DNA from: a candidate division WOR-3 bacterium
GTDB lineage: Bacteria; Hydrothermota; Tepidihabitantia; Tepidihabitantales; Tepidihabitantaceae
Assembly (NCBI GenBank): GCA_965649225.1
Contig: CBFGJX010000004.1
Location: 86,246 to 122,772, forward strand
Length of the DNA stretch: 36,527 nt
Direction of reading: 5' to 3'
A model generated the notes under the pieces. The model had not been told where the DNA came from. It worked only from the letters and a program-made list of their open reading frames with translations, and ran no database searches. Made by a program: the position numbers and the translations under genes. Positions 27,701-36,527 of this stretch are shown here, piece by piece; position 1 is the stretch's first letter, and each line of letters begins with the position of its first letter.

Positions 27701-28678
27701 ATGAGTTCGCCAGCACGCGGTTTTCGCCGCGTGATTTCCATCGCCGGGCTTGATCCCATCAGCCTGCTCGGTCCGGCCGACTGCAATCTGGTGGCGCTGG
27801 GGCGGCGGTTTCGTTCGCGGATTGTCGCCCGGGGTGATGAATTGATTCTGACCGGGCCGGCCGAAGAGGAGTTGGAGCTTTCGGCAACGGTCGAGCGGCT
27901 GCTGGGCCGCTGCCGCCGCGGGGAAACCCTGACGCCGGAACTGGTTGATGCCGAATGCGGGCGGCAGCCGGCCGAGTCGCCCAACGGGGCCGACTCGCTG
28001 ACGCTTCGTACCCCGCGCAAGGTGATTGTCGCCAAGACGCCGAATCAGCGTGAGTACCTGGCGGCGATACGGTCGGCCGACATCGTTTTTTCTATCGGGC
28101 CGGCCGGTACCGGCAAGACCTATCTTGCCGTTGCCGCGGCAGTCGAAGCCCTGACCACCGGCCGGGCCAGCCGGATTGTCCTCACCCGCCCGGCGGTCGA
28201 GGCGGGCGAATCGCTCGGGTACCTGCCCGGTACTTTCAAGGACAAGGTTGACCCGTATCTGCGGCCGCTGTATGACGCACTGTTTGATATGGTGCCGCTG
28301 GAGCGGGCCCGGCGGCTGATTGAGGAGGAAGTCATCGAGGTGGCGCCGCTGGCCTTCATGCGCGGCCGGACGCTGTCGGATTCATTTATCATTCTCGACG
28401 AGGCGCAGAATACCACTTCAACCCAGATGCGGATGTTTCTTACCCGGCTGGGCTGGAATTCCAAGGCGGTGGTCACCGGCGATGTTACCCAGATTGATCT
28501 GGCTGCCCGCCATGCTTCGGGGTTGATTGAAGCTGAAGAACGGCTTGCCGGCGTGCCCGGGATTATCATCGTCCGGCTCCAGGCGCAGGACGTTGTCCGG
28601 CCGCCACTGGTGTCGCGGATTATTGCCGCCTATGACCGCGAGAGCAACGGCCGTGCCGGCGACCCGCCGCTGGTGTGA
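27701..28678 (+). CDS. phoH: PhoH-family ATPase (PhoH/YbeZ)
   Basis: GGAGG RBS; GPAGTGKTYLA, LTRPAVEAGE.LGYLPG, PLAFMRGRT, DEAQN, GDVTQIDL. Confidence 0.95.
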   Translation: MSSPARGFRRVISIAGLDPISLLGPADCNLVALGRRFRSRIVARGDELILTGPAEEELELSATVERLLGRCRRGETLTPELVDAECGRQPAESPNGADSLTLRTPRKVIVAKTPNQREYLAAIRSADIVFSIGPAGTGKTYLAVAAAVEALTTGRASRIVLTRPAVEAGESLGYLPGTFKDKVDPYLRPLYDALFDMVPLERARRLIEEEVIEVAPLAFMRGRTLSDSFIILDEAQNTTSTQMRMFLTRLGWNSKAVVTGDVTQIDLAARHASGLIEAEERLAGVPGIIIVRLQAQDVVRPPLVSRIIAAYDRESNGRAGDPPLV

Positions 28679-29070
28679 TGCGGCTGCAGTTGCACAACAC
28701 GCGCGACGCGCGGCTGGCCCGCGTGCTGCGGCGCACTGCGCGCCGGATTGACCAGACGCTCGGTCTCGGCCCGGGCACGGTAACGGTCGTGTTCACCGAC
28801 GACCAGAACATTCGCGTTCTCAACCGCCGCTGGCGCGGCAAGGACCGGGCGACCGATGTGCTGTCTTTCCGACTCGACGCCCGCGAGCCTGGCCTCCCGC
28901 CGCTGCTAGGAGAGATTTATGTGTCGGTCGAACGCGCCCGGGTTCAGGCCCGTTCGGCGGGGATAACCCTGAACACCGAACTGGAACGGCTGGTCCGGCA
29001 CGGGCTGCTTCATCTGGCCGGACTCAGCCACCGGCAGATGAAACCCTACGAGCGGTGGCGGTGGCGATGA
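28675..29070 (+). CDS. ybeY: rRNA maturation endoribonuclease YbeY
   Basis: LN..WRGKD..TDVLSF, LGEIYVS, HGLLHLAGLSH. Confidence 0.93.
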   Translation: MMRLQLHNTRDARLARVLRRTARRIDQTLGLGPGTVTVVFTDDQNIRVLNRRWRGKDRATDVLSFRLDAREPGLPPLLGEIYVSVERARVQARSAGITLNTELERLVRHGLLHLAGLSHRQMKPYERWRWR

Positions 29071-30332
29071 TACTGGACTGGCCGCTGGTGCTGTTGCCCG
29101 TGCTGGCGCTGGCGCTGTTACTGGCGTTTTCGGCACTTTTCTCCGGGGCCGAGACTGCGTTCTTTTCGCTCACCGCCGGTCAGCGCGAAGCACTGCGCAG
29201 TGAGCGGCCGAAGGTCAGTCGGCGGATTGAAGCCCTGCTCGCCGAGCCGGTTCAACTGCTTGGGGCAATCCTGCTGGGCAATCTGATTGTCAATACCACG
29301 GCTTCGGCACTGCTCACGGTTCTGGCGCTGAAACTGGCCCGCCGGACCGGGGGCAGTGCTGCGCTCTATGCCGGCATCGGCGGACTGGTGATGACGCTGG
29401 TGATTATCGTTTTCGGTGAAGTCATCCCCAAACTGGCGGCGGCGCGGGCGCCGGCGGCCTTCGCGACGCTGGTGGCGCTGCCGGTGGCGATGGCGCGGCA
29501 ACTGCTGGCACCGCCGGTCCGGCTGCTGCGCCGGATCAGTGCCGTGTTCACGCCGCGCAGTGTCGAGCCGGACGAGCTCAGCGATGAGGAGCTGCAGACG
29601 ATGGTCGCGATCGGCCGCGAGCGCGGGGTGATTGTCGGCCATGAACAGGACATTCTGCAGAACCTGATTGGGCTGGAAAAGCGGACGGTTGCCGAGGTGA
29701 TGACGCCGCGCATTGACATTGTTGCGTTGAGCGACAACACGCCGGTGAAGGAGGCGCTGGAACGCTTCCGGGCGGCCGGTCTGTCGCGGATGCCGGTCTA
29801 TCGCGAGACGATCGACAATATCATCGGCACTGCCTATGCCAAGGAGCTGCTGGTTGCGCCGGACAGCGCTGCTCCAGTCTGCAGTCTGTGCCGGCCGGCG
29901 TTTTTTGTGCCCGAAGTGAAGCGACTGCTGGAACTGCTGGACGAGCTGCGGCGCAAGGGTTCGCACATCGCGATTGTGGTTGACGAGTTCGGGCAGACCG
30001 CCGGACTGGTGACACTGGAAGACCTGCTCGAGGCGGTGTTTGGCGAAATCACCGACGAATATGACATCGCCGAAGAACTGCCCTGGACCCGGCTGGACGA
30101 AACAAGCTGGCTGGTGGACGGCGAGATTGATATCGCGACACTGAACCGGCTGCTGGATAACGCTTTTCGCGGCGTCGGCCACGAGCGGCTGGCCGGTTTC
30201 ATTCATGACCGGCTCGGTCGGCTGCCCCGGCCCGGCGACCGGTTTGACTGGCAGAACCTGGTGATTGAGGTCCGGGCCACCGACGGCAACAAGCTGGAAA
30301 AGGTTCTGCTGCGGCGCCGGGAGCGGAGTTGA
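29067..30332 (+). CDS. Hemolysin-family CNNM (DUF21)-CBS-CorC metal transporter
   Basis: ATGA overlap with ybeY; FSGAETAFFSL, FGEVIPK, VMTPR, SRMPVY, VVDEFGQTAGLVTLEDLLE, C-terminal CorC_HlyC domain. Confidence 0.92.
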   Translation: MILDWPLVLLPVLALALLLAFSALFSGAETAFFSLTAGQREALRSERPKVSRRIEALLAEPVQLLGAILLGNLIVNTTASALLTVLALKLARRTGGSAALYAGIGGLVMTLVIIVFGEVIPKLAAARAPAAFATLVALPVAMARQLLAPPVRLLRRISAVFTPRSVEPDELSDEELQTMVAIGRERGVIVGHEQDILQNLIGLEKRTVAEVMTPRIDIVALSDNTPVKEALERFRAAGLSRMPVYRETIDNIIGTAYAKELLVAPDSAAPVCSLCRPAFFVPEVKRLLELLDELRRKGSHIAIVVDEFGQTAGLVTLEDLLEAVFGEITDEYDIAEELPWTRLDETSWLVDGEIDIATLNRLLDNAFRGVGHERLAGFIHDRLGRLPRPGDRFDWQNLVIEVRATDGNKLEKVLLRRRERS

Positions 30333-30333
30333 G

Positions 30334-31269
30334 ATGGAGCTGTTGCTCGGCGCGGTACTGATGCTGCTGTCCGGCTTCTTTTCGGCCGCCGAGACAGCGG
30401 TCTATCGGGCCAACTGGATTCGATTGACCGAGTGGACAAGGCGTCGCATCGCTGGGGCCGGTACCGCACTGGCACTGCTCGACCGGGCCGACGCGACCGT
30501 GGTCAGCATTCTCATCGGCAACAATCTGGTCAATACCTTCGCCTCGGTCATTTTTACCGGGTTCTTTACCCGGGCTTTTGGTCCGGCCTGGGCGCTGGCG
30601 GCGGTGATGATTGTTGTTGCGGTTACTACCGTCATCGGCGAATTTGTGCCCAAGTCGCTGGGTCAGGCCTGGCCAACGCGGGTGCTGCGGCTGGTGGCAC
30701 CGGCGCTGGCAGGCTTCGGCTGGGTCGTCCGGCCGCTGACGATGCTGCTGATTGGTCTTTCGCGCATCTGGCACCAGAGTACCACCGGGCAGCGGTTTGT
30801 GCTTACCCGGCACGATTTCGTTGCCGCGCTTTCCCGGCGCGATGCCGGCGGTCGCGGCCCGGGGATTGGCCGGATGGTCAACCGGCTGTTTCGCTTTTCC
30901 GCCACCCGGGTCGGTGAACTGGCGATTCCGCTGGAAATGGTGCGCTCGGTCAGCTTCGATGCCGACCTTGAAACCGTGCTTGCCGTTATTCGAACTTATG
31001 GCTACTCGCGGATTCCGGTCTGGCGGGACCGGCCGGACAACATCGTCGGCGTAATTATTTCCAAGGACTTGCTGGCCGCGCCGACCCGGCTCATCCGGCG
31101 GATCCCGCGCGTGCCGGTTTCGATGCGGGCAATGGAGGTGCTGCGTTCGCTGCAGGCGCGCGGCGAACATCTGGCGGTGGTCGAAGACGAAAACGGTGCC
31201 ACCGTCGGCATCGTTTCACTGGAAGACCTGCTTGAAGAACTCGTCGGCGAAATCCGCTCCGAGGGATGA
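30334..31269 (+). CDS. CNNM (DUF21)-CBS protein lacking the CorC domain
   Basis: ATG at 30334; SGFFSAAETA, GNNLVN, GEFVPKS, YSRIPV; ends at EDLLEELVGEIRSEG. Confidence 0.9.
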   Translation: MELLLGAVLMLLSGFFSAAETAVYRANWIRLTEWTRRRIAGAGTALALLDRADATVVSILIGNNLVNTFASVIFTGFFTRAFGPAWALAAVMIVVAVTTVIGEFVPKSLGQAWPTRVLRLVAPALAGFGWVVRPLTMLLIGLSRIWHQSTTGQRFVLTRHDFVAALSRRDAGGRGPGIGRMVNRLFRFSATRVGELAIPLEMVRSVSFDADLETVLAVIRTYGYSRIPVWRDRPDNIVGVIISKDLLAAPTRLIRRIPRVPVSMRAMEVLRSLQARGEHLAVVEDENGATVGIVSLEDLLEELVGEIRSEG

Positions 31270-31309
31270 AGCCAGAACCGGGGGCAGTTACCGCAGAAAC
31301 TGAAACGCC

Positions 31310-32050
31310 ATGCGCCGGCTGGTAACGACCGAAGCGGTGGTGCTGCGGACGCGGGACTGGCGGGAGTCGTCGCGAACGGTCAGTCTGCTCACCCGTGAAC
31401 ACGGTCTCGTTACCGTCATTGCCCGCGGAGCCCGTCGTCCGCGCAGCCGGACCGCTGCGGCTCTCAATCTTTTCTGTCAGTCCCGCATCACCTTCTATCG
31501 GCGGGAAAACCGGGCGATCTACAATCTGGGCGAGGCAGAACTGCTTCGTGCCTATTCCGGCATCAGCCAGCTGCCCCAACGGTACTTCTGTGCCGGCCGG
31601 ATGGCCGAATTCCTGTTGCAGGTTCTGCCGCCACTGGACGCCAATGAGCGGCTTTATATTCTGACAGTCGGCAATTTCGCCGTGGTGGAGCGTGCCGAAA
31701 CCGGATTCGAGCAGCTGCTGGCGGCGTTTCTGTTGAAGGCGGCCAGCTTTCTGGGCTTTCGACCCGAGTTGCGTTACTGCGTTGTCTGCCGTCAGCCGGT
31801 CGGGGACAGGACCGTCTGGCTTGACCCGGTTCGCGGTGGCACAGTCTGCCGTGACTGCGCAAGCGGCCCCGGCCTGATTCAATTGAGCCCGGCCGAGCTT
31901 GCTGATCTTGACCGACTGCTGTACTCCGCGTCCGCGACGGTCGCAACCCTGCGCATCAGCTCCAGACCACTCGACACGGTGCTCAGCTTCCTCGGTGCTC
32001 ACTTCGAGCGATTGACAACAACTGCTCTGGCCTGGCCCAAGGCAATCTAA
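31310..32050 (+). CDS. recO: DNA repair protein RecO
   Basis: TEAVVLR...WRESS....LLT..HG......RGAR; GFRPEL..CVVC...CRDC zinc finger. Confidence 0.93.
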   Translation: MRRLVTTEAVVLRTRDWRESSRTVSLLTREHGLVTVIARGARRPRSRTAAALNLFCQSRITFYRRENRAIYNLGEAELLRAYSGISQLPQRYFCAGRMAEFLLQVLPPLDANERLYILTVGNFAVVERAETGFEQLLAAFLLKAASFLGFRPELRYCVVCRQPVGDRTVWLDPVRGGTVCRDCASGPGLIQLSPAELADLDRLLYSASATVATLRISSRPLDTVLSFLGAHFERLTTTALAWPKAI

Positions 32051-32268
32051 TCCGGCAGCGGCTCATGCCGCCCTGGAGGCGGTCGGGAGACGGTCTCAAA
32101 CCGGCCGGTTTTCAGCAATCACAATCCCGGGCCGGGCGCTAACTGATTGCCCGGCTAGAGGCTTGCCCGGCCGGTTGCGCCGAGAGGCCAACCGGAGCCG
32201 GTGTCGTTTGTCGCCGGCAGGCAGGTTGATGGCTCTAATGTAGTATCACCAGTCAGCACCGGAGACAG

Positions 32269-32295
32269 ACCGGGGCGGCACTGGGCCGCCCCGGT
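32269..32295. terminator. GC-rich hairpin between convergent genes
   Basis: accggggcggc-actgg-gccgccccggt, 11-bp perfect stem; no clear downstream T tract. Confidence 0.5.
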
Positions 32296-32314
32296 GAAAA
32301 GGACCCGGTCCGGA

Positions 32315-35215
32315 CTACTCGATGACGAGCTTCTGCGCCGCGGTGTAGTCACCGGCCGTGAGCCGGACCAGATAGACACCAGCGGCAAGACCGCGCAGGT
32401 CGAGACTGGTGGCACCGCTGCGACCGGCGGCCAGACTGCGCACCAGCACCGTCCGGCCGGTGATGTCATACACCTGCACCGTCGCCGGAGCGGCCGCCGG
32501 CAGACTCCAGCGCAGCAGCGCCGTGTTGCCGGTCAGCGGGTTGGGACCAAGCGTCATGCCCACCGGCGGGACAGTAGTGCCAGCCATCACACCGGAGCGG
32601 ACCGGCGCGGCCACCATCACCGTGCCCGGTGTGTAGCGCCACAGCTCCACCGTCTTGTTGCCTTTCAGGGCATAGATGAAGCTGCCGTCCGAGGTGATGT
32701 CGCCACCGCCTTTGACCCGCTTCTTCTTCTGACTGCTGCCCACCTGTGGCATGGTCTCTTTCTCCGCCCACTGGTTGGAGCCGGGCTCGTAGCCGTAGAA
32801 GTCGCAGGTGTTGCCACCTTTGAGGGCATAGAGCATGCCGTCGGCAAGGAAGGCTGCCGAGCCGCCGTCCTTGCTCTTCTTGCTCTTGCCGGTCTGGCTA
32901 TTGAGCAGCGGCATGCCCGCCAGCTGCTCACCCCAGTTGCCGGTGGCAAGGTCATAGGCATACAGCTCGTGATACTTGGCCTTGTGGGCAAAGATGCGGT
33001 TGCCGGCAAGGTCCAGGGCCAGCCAGGAGCCTTTGTCCCACTTGGGCTTTTGCCCGGCCGGAGCGTCAGCAAGCGGCTGCCAGACGCCGGAGGTGACGTT
33101 GTAGCGGTAGAACTCGGTCTTGTAGCCCTTGAGCAGATAGACATACTGGCTGTCACCGGCATCAACATAGACCAGGTCGGTGCCACCTTTGACCTTCTTG
33201 TTGGAGACACCGAGCGGGATGTCGGCCAGTTGGGTCCACGTGCCACCCGAGTACTGCCAGAAGCCCTGGGTGTTGTTGCCCTTGACCGCATAGACCACGC
33301 CGTTGCCGTCGGTGCAGATGCCTGCACCCTTGGCCGGAGGCTTGGCTTCGGTGCCGACTGGTATGGCGGTCAGGGTGGTCCAGGTCGTGCCGTCGAAGCT
33401 GTAGAAGTCCCCGGTCTTGTTGCCTTTGAGGACATAGAGAAGACCGGTGCCGGCATCCCAGGCAATCGCACCGCCGTCCTTGACCGCGCGGCCGGAGGGC
33501 AGCAGGGGTACCTGCGTGATTTCGGTCCAGCCGGGCGGTAGTGTGCTGTCCGCTACCGTGAACGCGCGGGAAAGGGTGTCGTTGGCCGGCACCAGATCGC
33601 CGGCGACAGCGACCGAGCAGCGGGCCGAATAGCTGCCCGGTGTTGCGTTCCAGACCGGGAACTCAAGAGTCGTGTCGACATCGGGCAGACCGGCCGGCAG
33701 GTCAAGCAGGGCAGTGTAGGGCGGACTGGAGTTGATTGCGAAGTTTATCCGGGCAGCGGTGCGGGTGGTGCCGAGGTTGCGGACTGTTGCGCGCGGGGTG
33801 ATCGGGCCTGGCCCGGTTGTGCCGGCGGGCGCGATGATAGCCCGCACCGCGACGTCGGTAACCGCAACCGCCACCGAGCCGGAGAGAGTGTCGTTGGCCG
33901 GTATCATGTCACCGGCGAGTCTGGTTGTGCAGGCAATACCATACTCGCCGCGGGCAGCGGCGGTCCATTGGTTGAATGTAACTGTGGCACTGGATTCGGC
34001 CGGCAGGCTGATCTGAGTCGAGTCCTGCCAATTGCCGATACGCAGCCAGACCGGTATGACCGCTGCAATGCTGGAAGCATTGCGCACAGTCACCTGAGGC
34101 ACAATGGTGGTGCCGGAGTCAACAACGCCGGTGGGAGCGACGATTGCCAGCGGCAGGGCATCGAGCACCCTTACGGTTACCGAGTCAATGCGGCGGTCGT
34201 TGCCCGGAAGCGTATCGGCGGTCAGTGCGGTGGAGCAGACAACCGCGAACCGCCCGCGCGGCCAGGCTGAGCGTGCCGGGAATGTGACCAGAGTTGCAGC
34301 GCCCGGTGCCAGCGATGTCACCCGGGCGGTATCTGAGTAGAAACTGCCAATGCGGCAGCGGACAAGAAAGTTCGAGGCCGCAACGGTACCGTAGTTGCGT
34401 ACCGAACAGGCCGGCGCCACCGAGGCAGTGGAGTCGATGATGCCGGTTGGTGCGACTATGCGGCTCACTCCGACATCGGCGGTTGCGCTCGAGCCCCAGA
34501 CCACGACCAGCCGGGGCGGGCCGGTGGTGGTGCCGGTGCCGTTGAACGCGATTTCCCACTGGGTTCCGCTGCCGGTGGCAGAGTAGCCGATGGCAAACCA
34601 GTCCTGAGCAAGGCGGTTGGTGAGGTCAATGCGGGCCTGACTGCTGAGGCTGTCATTGAGCCAGCCGGTGGTCGGGTTTGCCCGGCTGGAGTAGATCGAA
34701 CCGTCGCCGGCGTCGTTGTAGAGCAGCGAAACGCCGGGGGTAGTTGACGGCCGGTTGGCCATGTGGCGCAGAGTGAGGCCGGTAACAGTACCGGTTGTTG
34801 AATAGCAGTAGGTTGAGCAGCGGACACTGGTGATTGTTGCGGTGTCGGGGATGGAGGAGATGTTCCATTCGACCCAGCCCCGTTCGAGAACCGTGACCAG
34901 ACCGACCAGGTCGTAGTAGCCGCAGTAGAAGACTCCGCCGACGCCGCGATTGGAATCGTTGAGCGAGCCGTAAACATAGCCCAGTTCCGAGTAACCGGTA
35001 TAGACCGCCTGCAGGCTTGCGGAAGCGTCAATGACCGATGTCACGGTGCCGTCGCCATTGGCATAGTGACGGGAATCGGCAGTGCGCAGTTCGACAATTT
35101 CAGTGCCGGCCGGCCGCCAACCGACCGACACCGGACTCTGGATGGAAAGCGGTGACGCGCAGACTCTTGTCGGGGGCAGAAGAAACAGAATTGCCAGAAC
35201 GCCAAGACGGGTCAT
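32315..35215 (-). CDS. Secreted modular protein: N-terminal beta domain (DNRLRE-like), 3 CARDB-like repeats, basic kelch-like propeller, T9SS-like CTD
   Basis: AAGGAGG RBS; hydrophobic N-terminus; RGWVEWNISSIPDTATITSV; three Ig repeats; kelch repeats; VQVYDITGR...GVYLVRL...QKLVIE. Confidence 0.88.
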   Translation of the reverse strand: MTRLGVLAILFLLPPTRVCASPLSIQSPVSVGWRPAGTEIVELRTADSRHYANGDGTVTSVIDASASLQAVYTGYSELGYVYGSLNDSNRGVGGVFYCGYYDLVGLVTVLERGWVEWNISSIPDTATITSVRCSTYCYSTTGTVTGLTLRHMANRPSTTPGVSLLYNDAGDGSIYSSRANPTTGWLNDSLSSQARIDLTNRLAQDWFAIGYSATGSGTQWEIAFNGTGTTTGPPRLVVVWGSSATADVGVSRIVAPTGIIDSTASVAPACSVRNYGTVAASNFLVRCRIGSFYSDTARVTSLAPGAATLVTFPARSAWPRGRFAVVCSTALTADTLPGNDRRIDSVTVRVLDALPLAIVAPTGVVDSGTTIVPQVTVRNASSIAAVIPVWLRIGNWQDSTQISLPAESSATVTFNQWTAAARGEYGIACTTRLAGDMIPANDTLSGSVAVAVTDVAVRAIIAPAGTTGPGPITPRATVRNLGTTRTAARINFAINSSPPYTALLDLPAGLPDVDTTLEFPVWNATPGSYSARCSVAVAGDLVPANDTLSRAFTVADSTLPPGWTEITQVPLLPSGRAVKDGGAIAWDAGTGLLYVLKGNKTGDFYSFDGTTWTTLTAIPVGTEAKPPAKGAGICTDGNGVVYAVKGNNTQGFWQYSGGTWTQLADIPLGVSNKKVKGGTDLVYVDAGDSQYVYLLKGYKTEFYRYNVTSGVWQPLADAPAGQKPKWDKGSWLALDLAGNRIFAHKAKYHELYAYDLATGNWGEQLAGMPLLNSQTGKSKKSKDGGSAAFLADGMLYALKGGNTCDFYGYEPGSNQWAEKETMPQVGSSQKKKRVKGGGDITSDGSFIYALKGNKTVELWRYTPGTVMVAAPVRSGVMAGTTVPPVGMTLGPNPLTGNTALLRWSLPAAAPATVQVYDITGRTVLVRSLAAGRSGATSLDLRGLAAGVYLVRLTAGDYTAAQKLVIE

Positions 35216-35273
35216 TGTGCCTCCTTGTGTTCAAGCCGCCAGCCAGTTGCTGACCGGCGACATCAGTTGTTAC

Positions 35274-35301
35274 AGGATATCTCGCGAGGCAAACGGGTCA
35301 A
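35274..35301 (-). promoter_or_regulatory. Putative sigma70 promoter
   Basis: Minus strand TTGACC-N16-TATCCT. Confidence 0.6.
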
Positions 35302-35367
35302 CCTGCGCTTGGAATGCACTGGCGGGACAACTGCTGTTGCCCCGCCAGCGCGAAACCAGAGTTGGTG

Positions 35368-36527
35368 CTACTCCACCACCAGCTTGCCGGTGCTGCGGTC
35401 AACACGCAGCAGATACACTCCCGGCGCCAGCGCCGGCAGCACTGCCGTGCCACCGCTCACCGGCCGCAACAGCACCAGCCGGCCGGCAGCGTCATACAGC
35501 TCCACTGTCAGCCGCCCGGCCGGCAGACCACCGAGCTGCAGACTGCCGCCACTGCGGACAAGACCACTGACCAGCCGGCCGCTCAAGCCGGCAGCGCCGG
35601 ACTGCACCCCGCCCCGCTCAGGCACCAGCCGGACAAAAGCCGGCTGGCCGGCAGCCGGTACATAGCGCCAGAGTTCTAATGTCTTGTTGCCCTTCAGGGC
35701 ATAGAGGTAGCTGCCGTCCGAGGTGATGTCGCCACCGCCTTTGACCCGCTTCTTCTTCTGACTGCTGCCCACCTGCGGCATGGTCTCTTTCTCCGCCCAC
35801 TGGTTGGAGCCGGGCTCGTAGGCGTAGAAGTCGCAGGTGTTGCCACCTTTGAGGGCATAGAGCATGCCGTCGGCAAGGAAGGCTGCCGAGCCACCGTCCT
35901 TGCTCTTCTTGCTCTTGCCGGTCTGGCTATTGAGCAGTGGCATGCCCGCCAGCTGCTCACCCCAGTTGCCGGTGGCAAGGTCGTAGGCATACAGCTCGTG
36001 ATACTTGGCCTTGTGGGCAAAGATGCGGTTGCCGGCAAGGTCCAGGGCCAGCCAGGAGCCCTTGTCCCACTTGGCCTTCTGCCCGGCCGGAGCGTCAGCA
36101 AGCGTCTCCCACTGACCGGAGGTGACGTTGTAGCGGTAGAACTCGGTCTTGTAGCCTTTGAGCAGGTAGACATAGCCCGAGTCGCCGGCGACATAGACCA
36201 GGTCAGTGCCACCTTTGACCTTCTTGTTGGAAGCCCCGAGCGGGATGTCGGCCAGCTGGGTCCACGTGCCACCGGAGTACTGCCAGAAGCCCTGGGTGTT
36301 GTTGCCCTTGACCGCATAGACCACGCCGTTGCCGTCGGTGCAGAGGTTGGCACCCTTGGCCGGAGGCTTGTTCTCGACACCGAGCGGGATGGCGGTCAGG
36401 GTGGTCCAGGTTGTGCCGTCAAAGCTGTAGAAGTCCCCGGTCTTGTTGCCTTTGAGGACATAGAGCCTGCTGCTGCCCGCATCGTATGCTATCGCCCCGC
36501 CGTCCTTGACCGCCTTGCCGGAGGGCG
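35368..36527 (-). CDS. 3' part of a secreted protein with kelch-like propeller and T9SS-like CTD (5' end outside the window)
   Basis: Frame is open to the window edge (PSGKAVKDGGAIAYD...). Same kelch module as the neighbouring gene; ends VELYDAAGRLV...GVYLLRV....KLVVE. Confidence 0.9.
   Translation of the reverse strand, partial: PSGKAVKDGGAIAYDAGSSRLYVLKGNKTGDFYSFDGTTWTTLTAIPLGVENKPPAKGANLCTDGNGVVYAVKGNNTQGFWQYSGGTWTQLADIPLGASNKKVKGGTDLVYVAGDSGYVYLLKGYKTEFYRYNVTSGQWETLADAPAGQKAKWDKGSWLALDLAGNRIFAHKAKYHELYAYDLATGNWGEQLAGMPLLNSQTGKSKKSKDGGSAAFLADGMLYALKGGNTCDFYAYEPGSNQWAEKETMPQVGSSQKKKRVKGGGDITSDGSYLYALKGNKTLELWRYVPAAGQPAFVRLVPERGGVQSGAAGLSGRLVSGLVRSGGSLQLGGLPAGRLTVELYDAAGRLVLLRPVSGGTAVLPALAPGVYLLRVDRSTGKLVVE

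Larger units (their letters stand above)
32652..36527 (-). repeat. Near-identical ~850-bp duplicated kelch module in adjacent genes
   Basis: About 32652-33500 versus 35681-36527 share long identical runs, e.g. ctgccgtccgaggtgatgtcgccaccgcctttgacccgcttcttcttctgactgctgcccacctg. Confidence 0.92.

Noticed and set aside
32190..32245. Fluoride riboswitch-like gttgatggctcta
   Set aside because: The 5' GATGG pseudoknot element is missing and there is no downstream gene on that strand.
32652..36527. Diversity-generating retroelement TR/VR pair
   Set aside because: Both copies are coding, the differences are not adenine-specific by eye, and there is no reverse transcriptase in the window.

Overview
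GC-rich bacterial chromosomal segment. No rRNA, tRNA, CRISPR array, transposase, integrase or prophage genes were recognised. The gene content resembles an FCB-adjacent lineage such as candidate division WOR-3 (inference only). Housekeeping genes: fabH, clpB, a divergent ychF-like gene, glyQ, an HDIG protein, surE and a phoH-ybeY-CNNM-CNNM-recO operon. Other loci: a five-gene YbhFSR/G-like ABC exporter; a TlpA/tocopherol-cyclase-like/ECF sigma/anti-sigma/two Spy-CpxP-like cluster; a Rab-like GTPase paired with an orphan histidine kinase; and a small, very basic SWIB-like protein. Four exported proteins end in a T9SS/FlgD-type C-terminal domain. Three of them share a lysine-rich kelch-like propeller, two copies of which are nearly identical in DNA. 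The fourth is paired with a fibre-like repeat protein whose S74 chaperone has Cys in place of the catalytic Ser. Non-coding signals include many sigma70-like promoters with 16-bp spacers, several apparently leaderless genes, a shared ECF-like motif before the anti-sigma and clpB genes, and a perfect TTGACA-N17-TATAAT promoter inside the 3' end of clpB.
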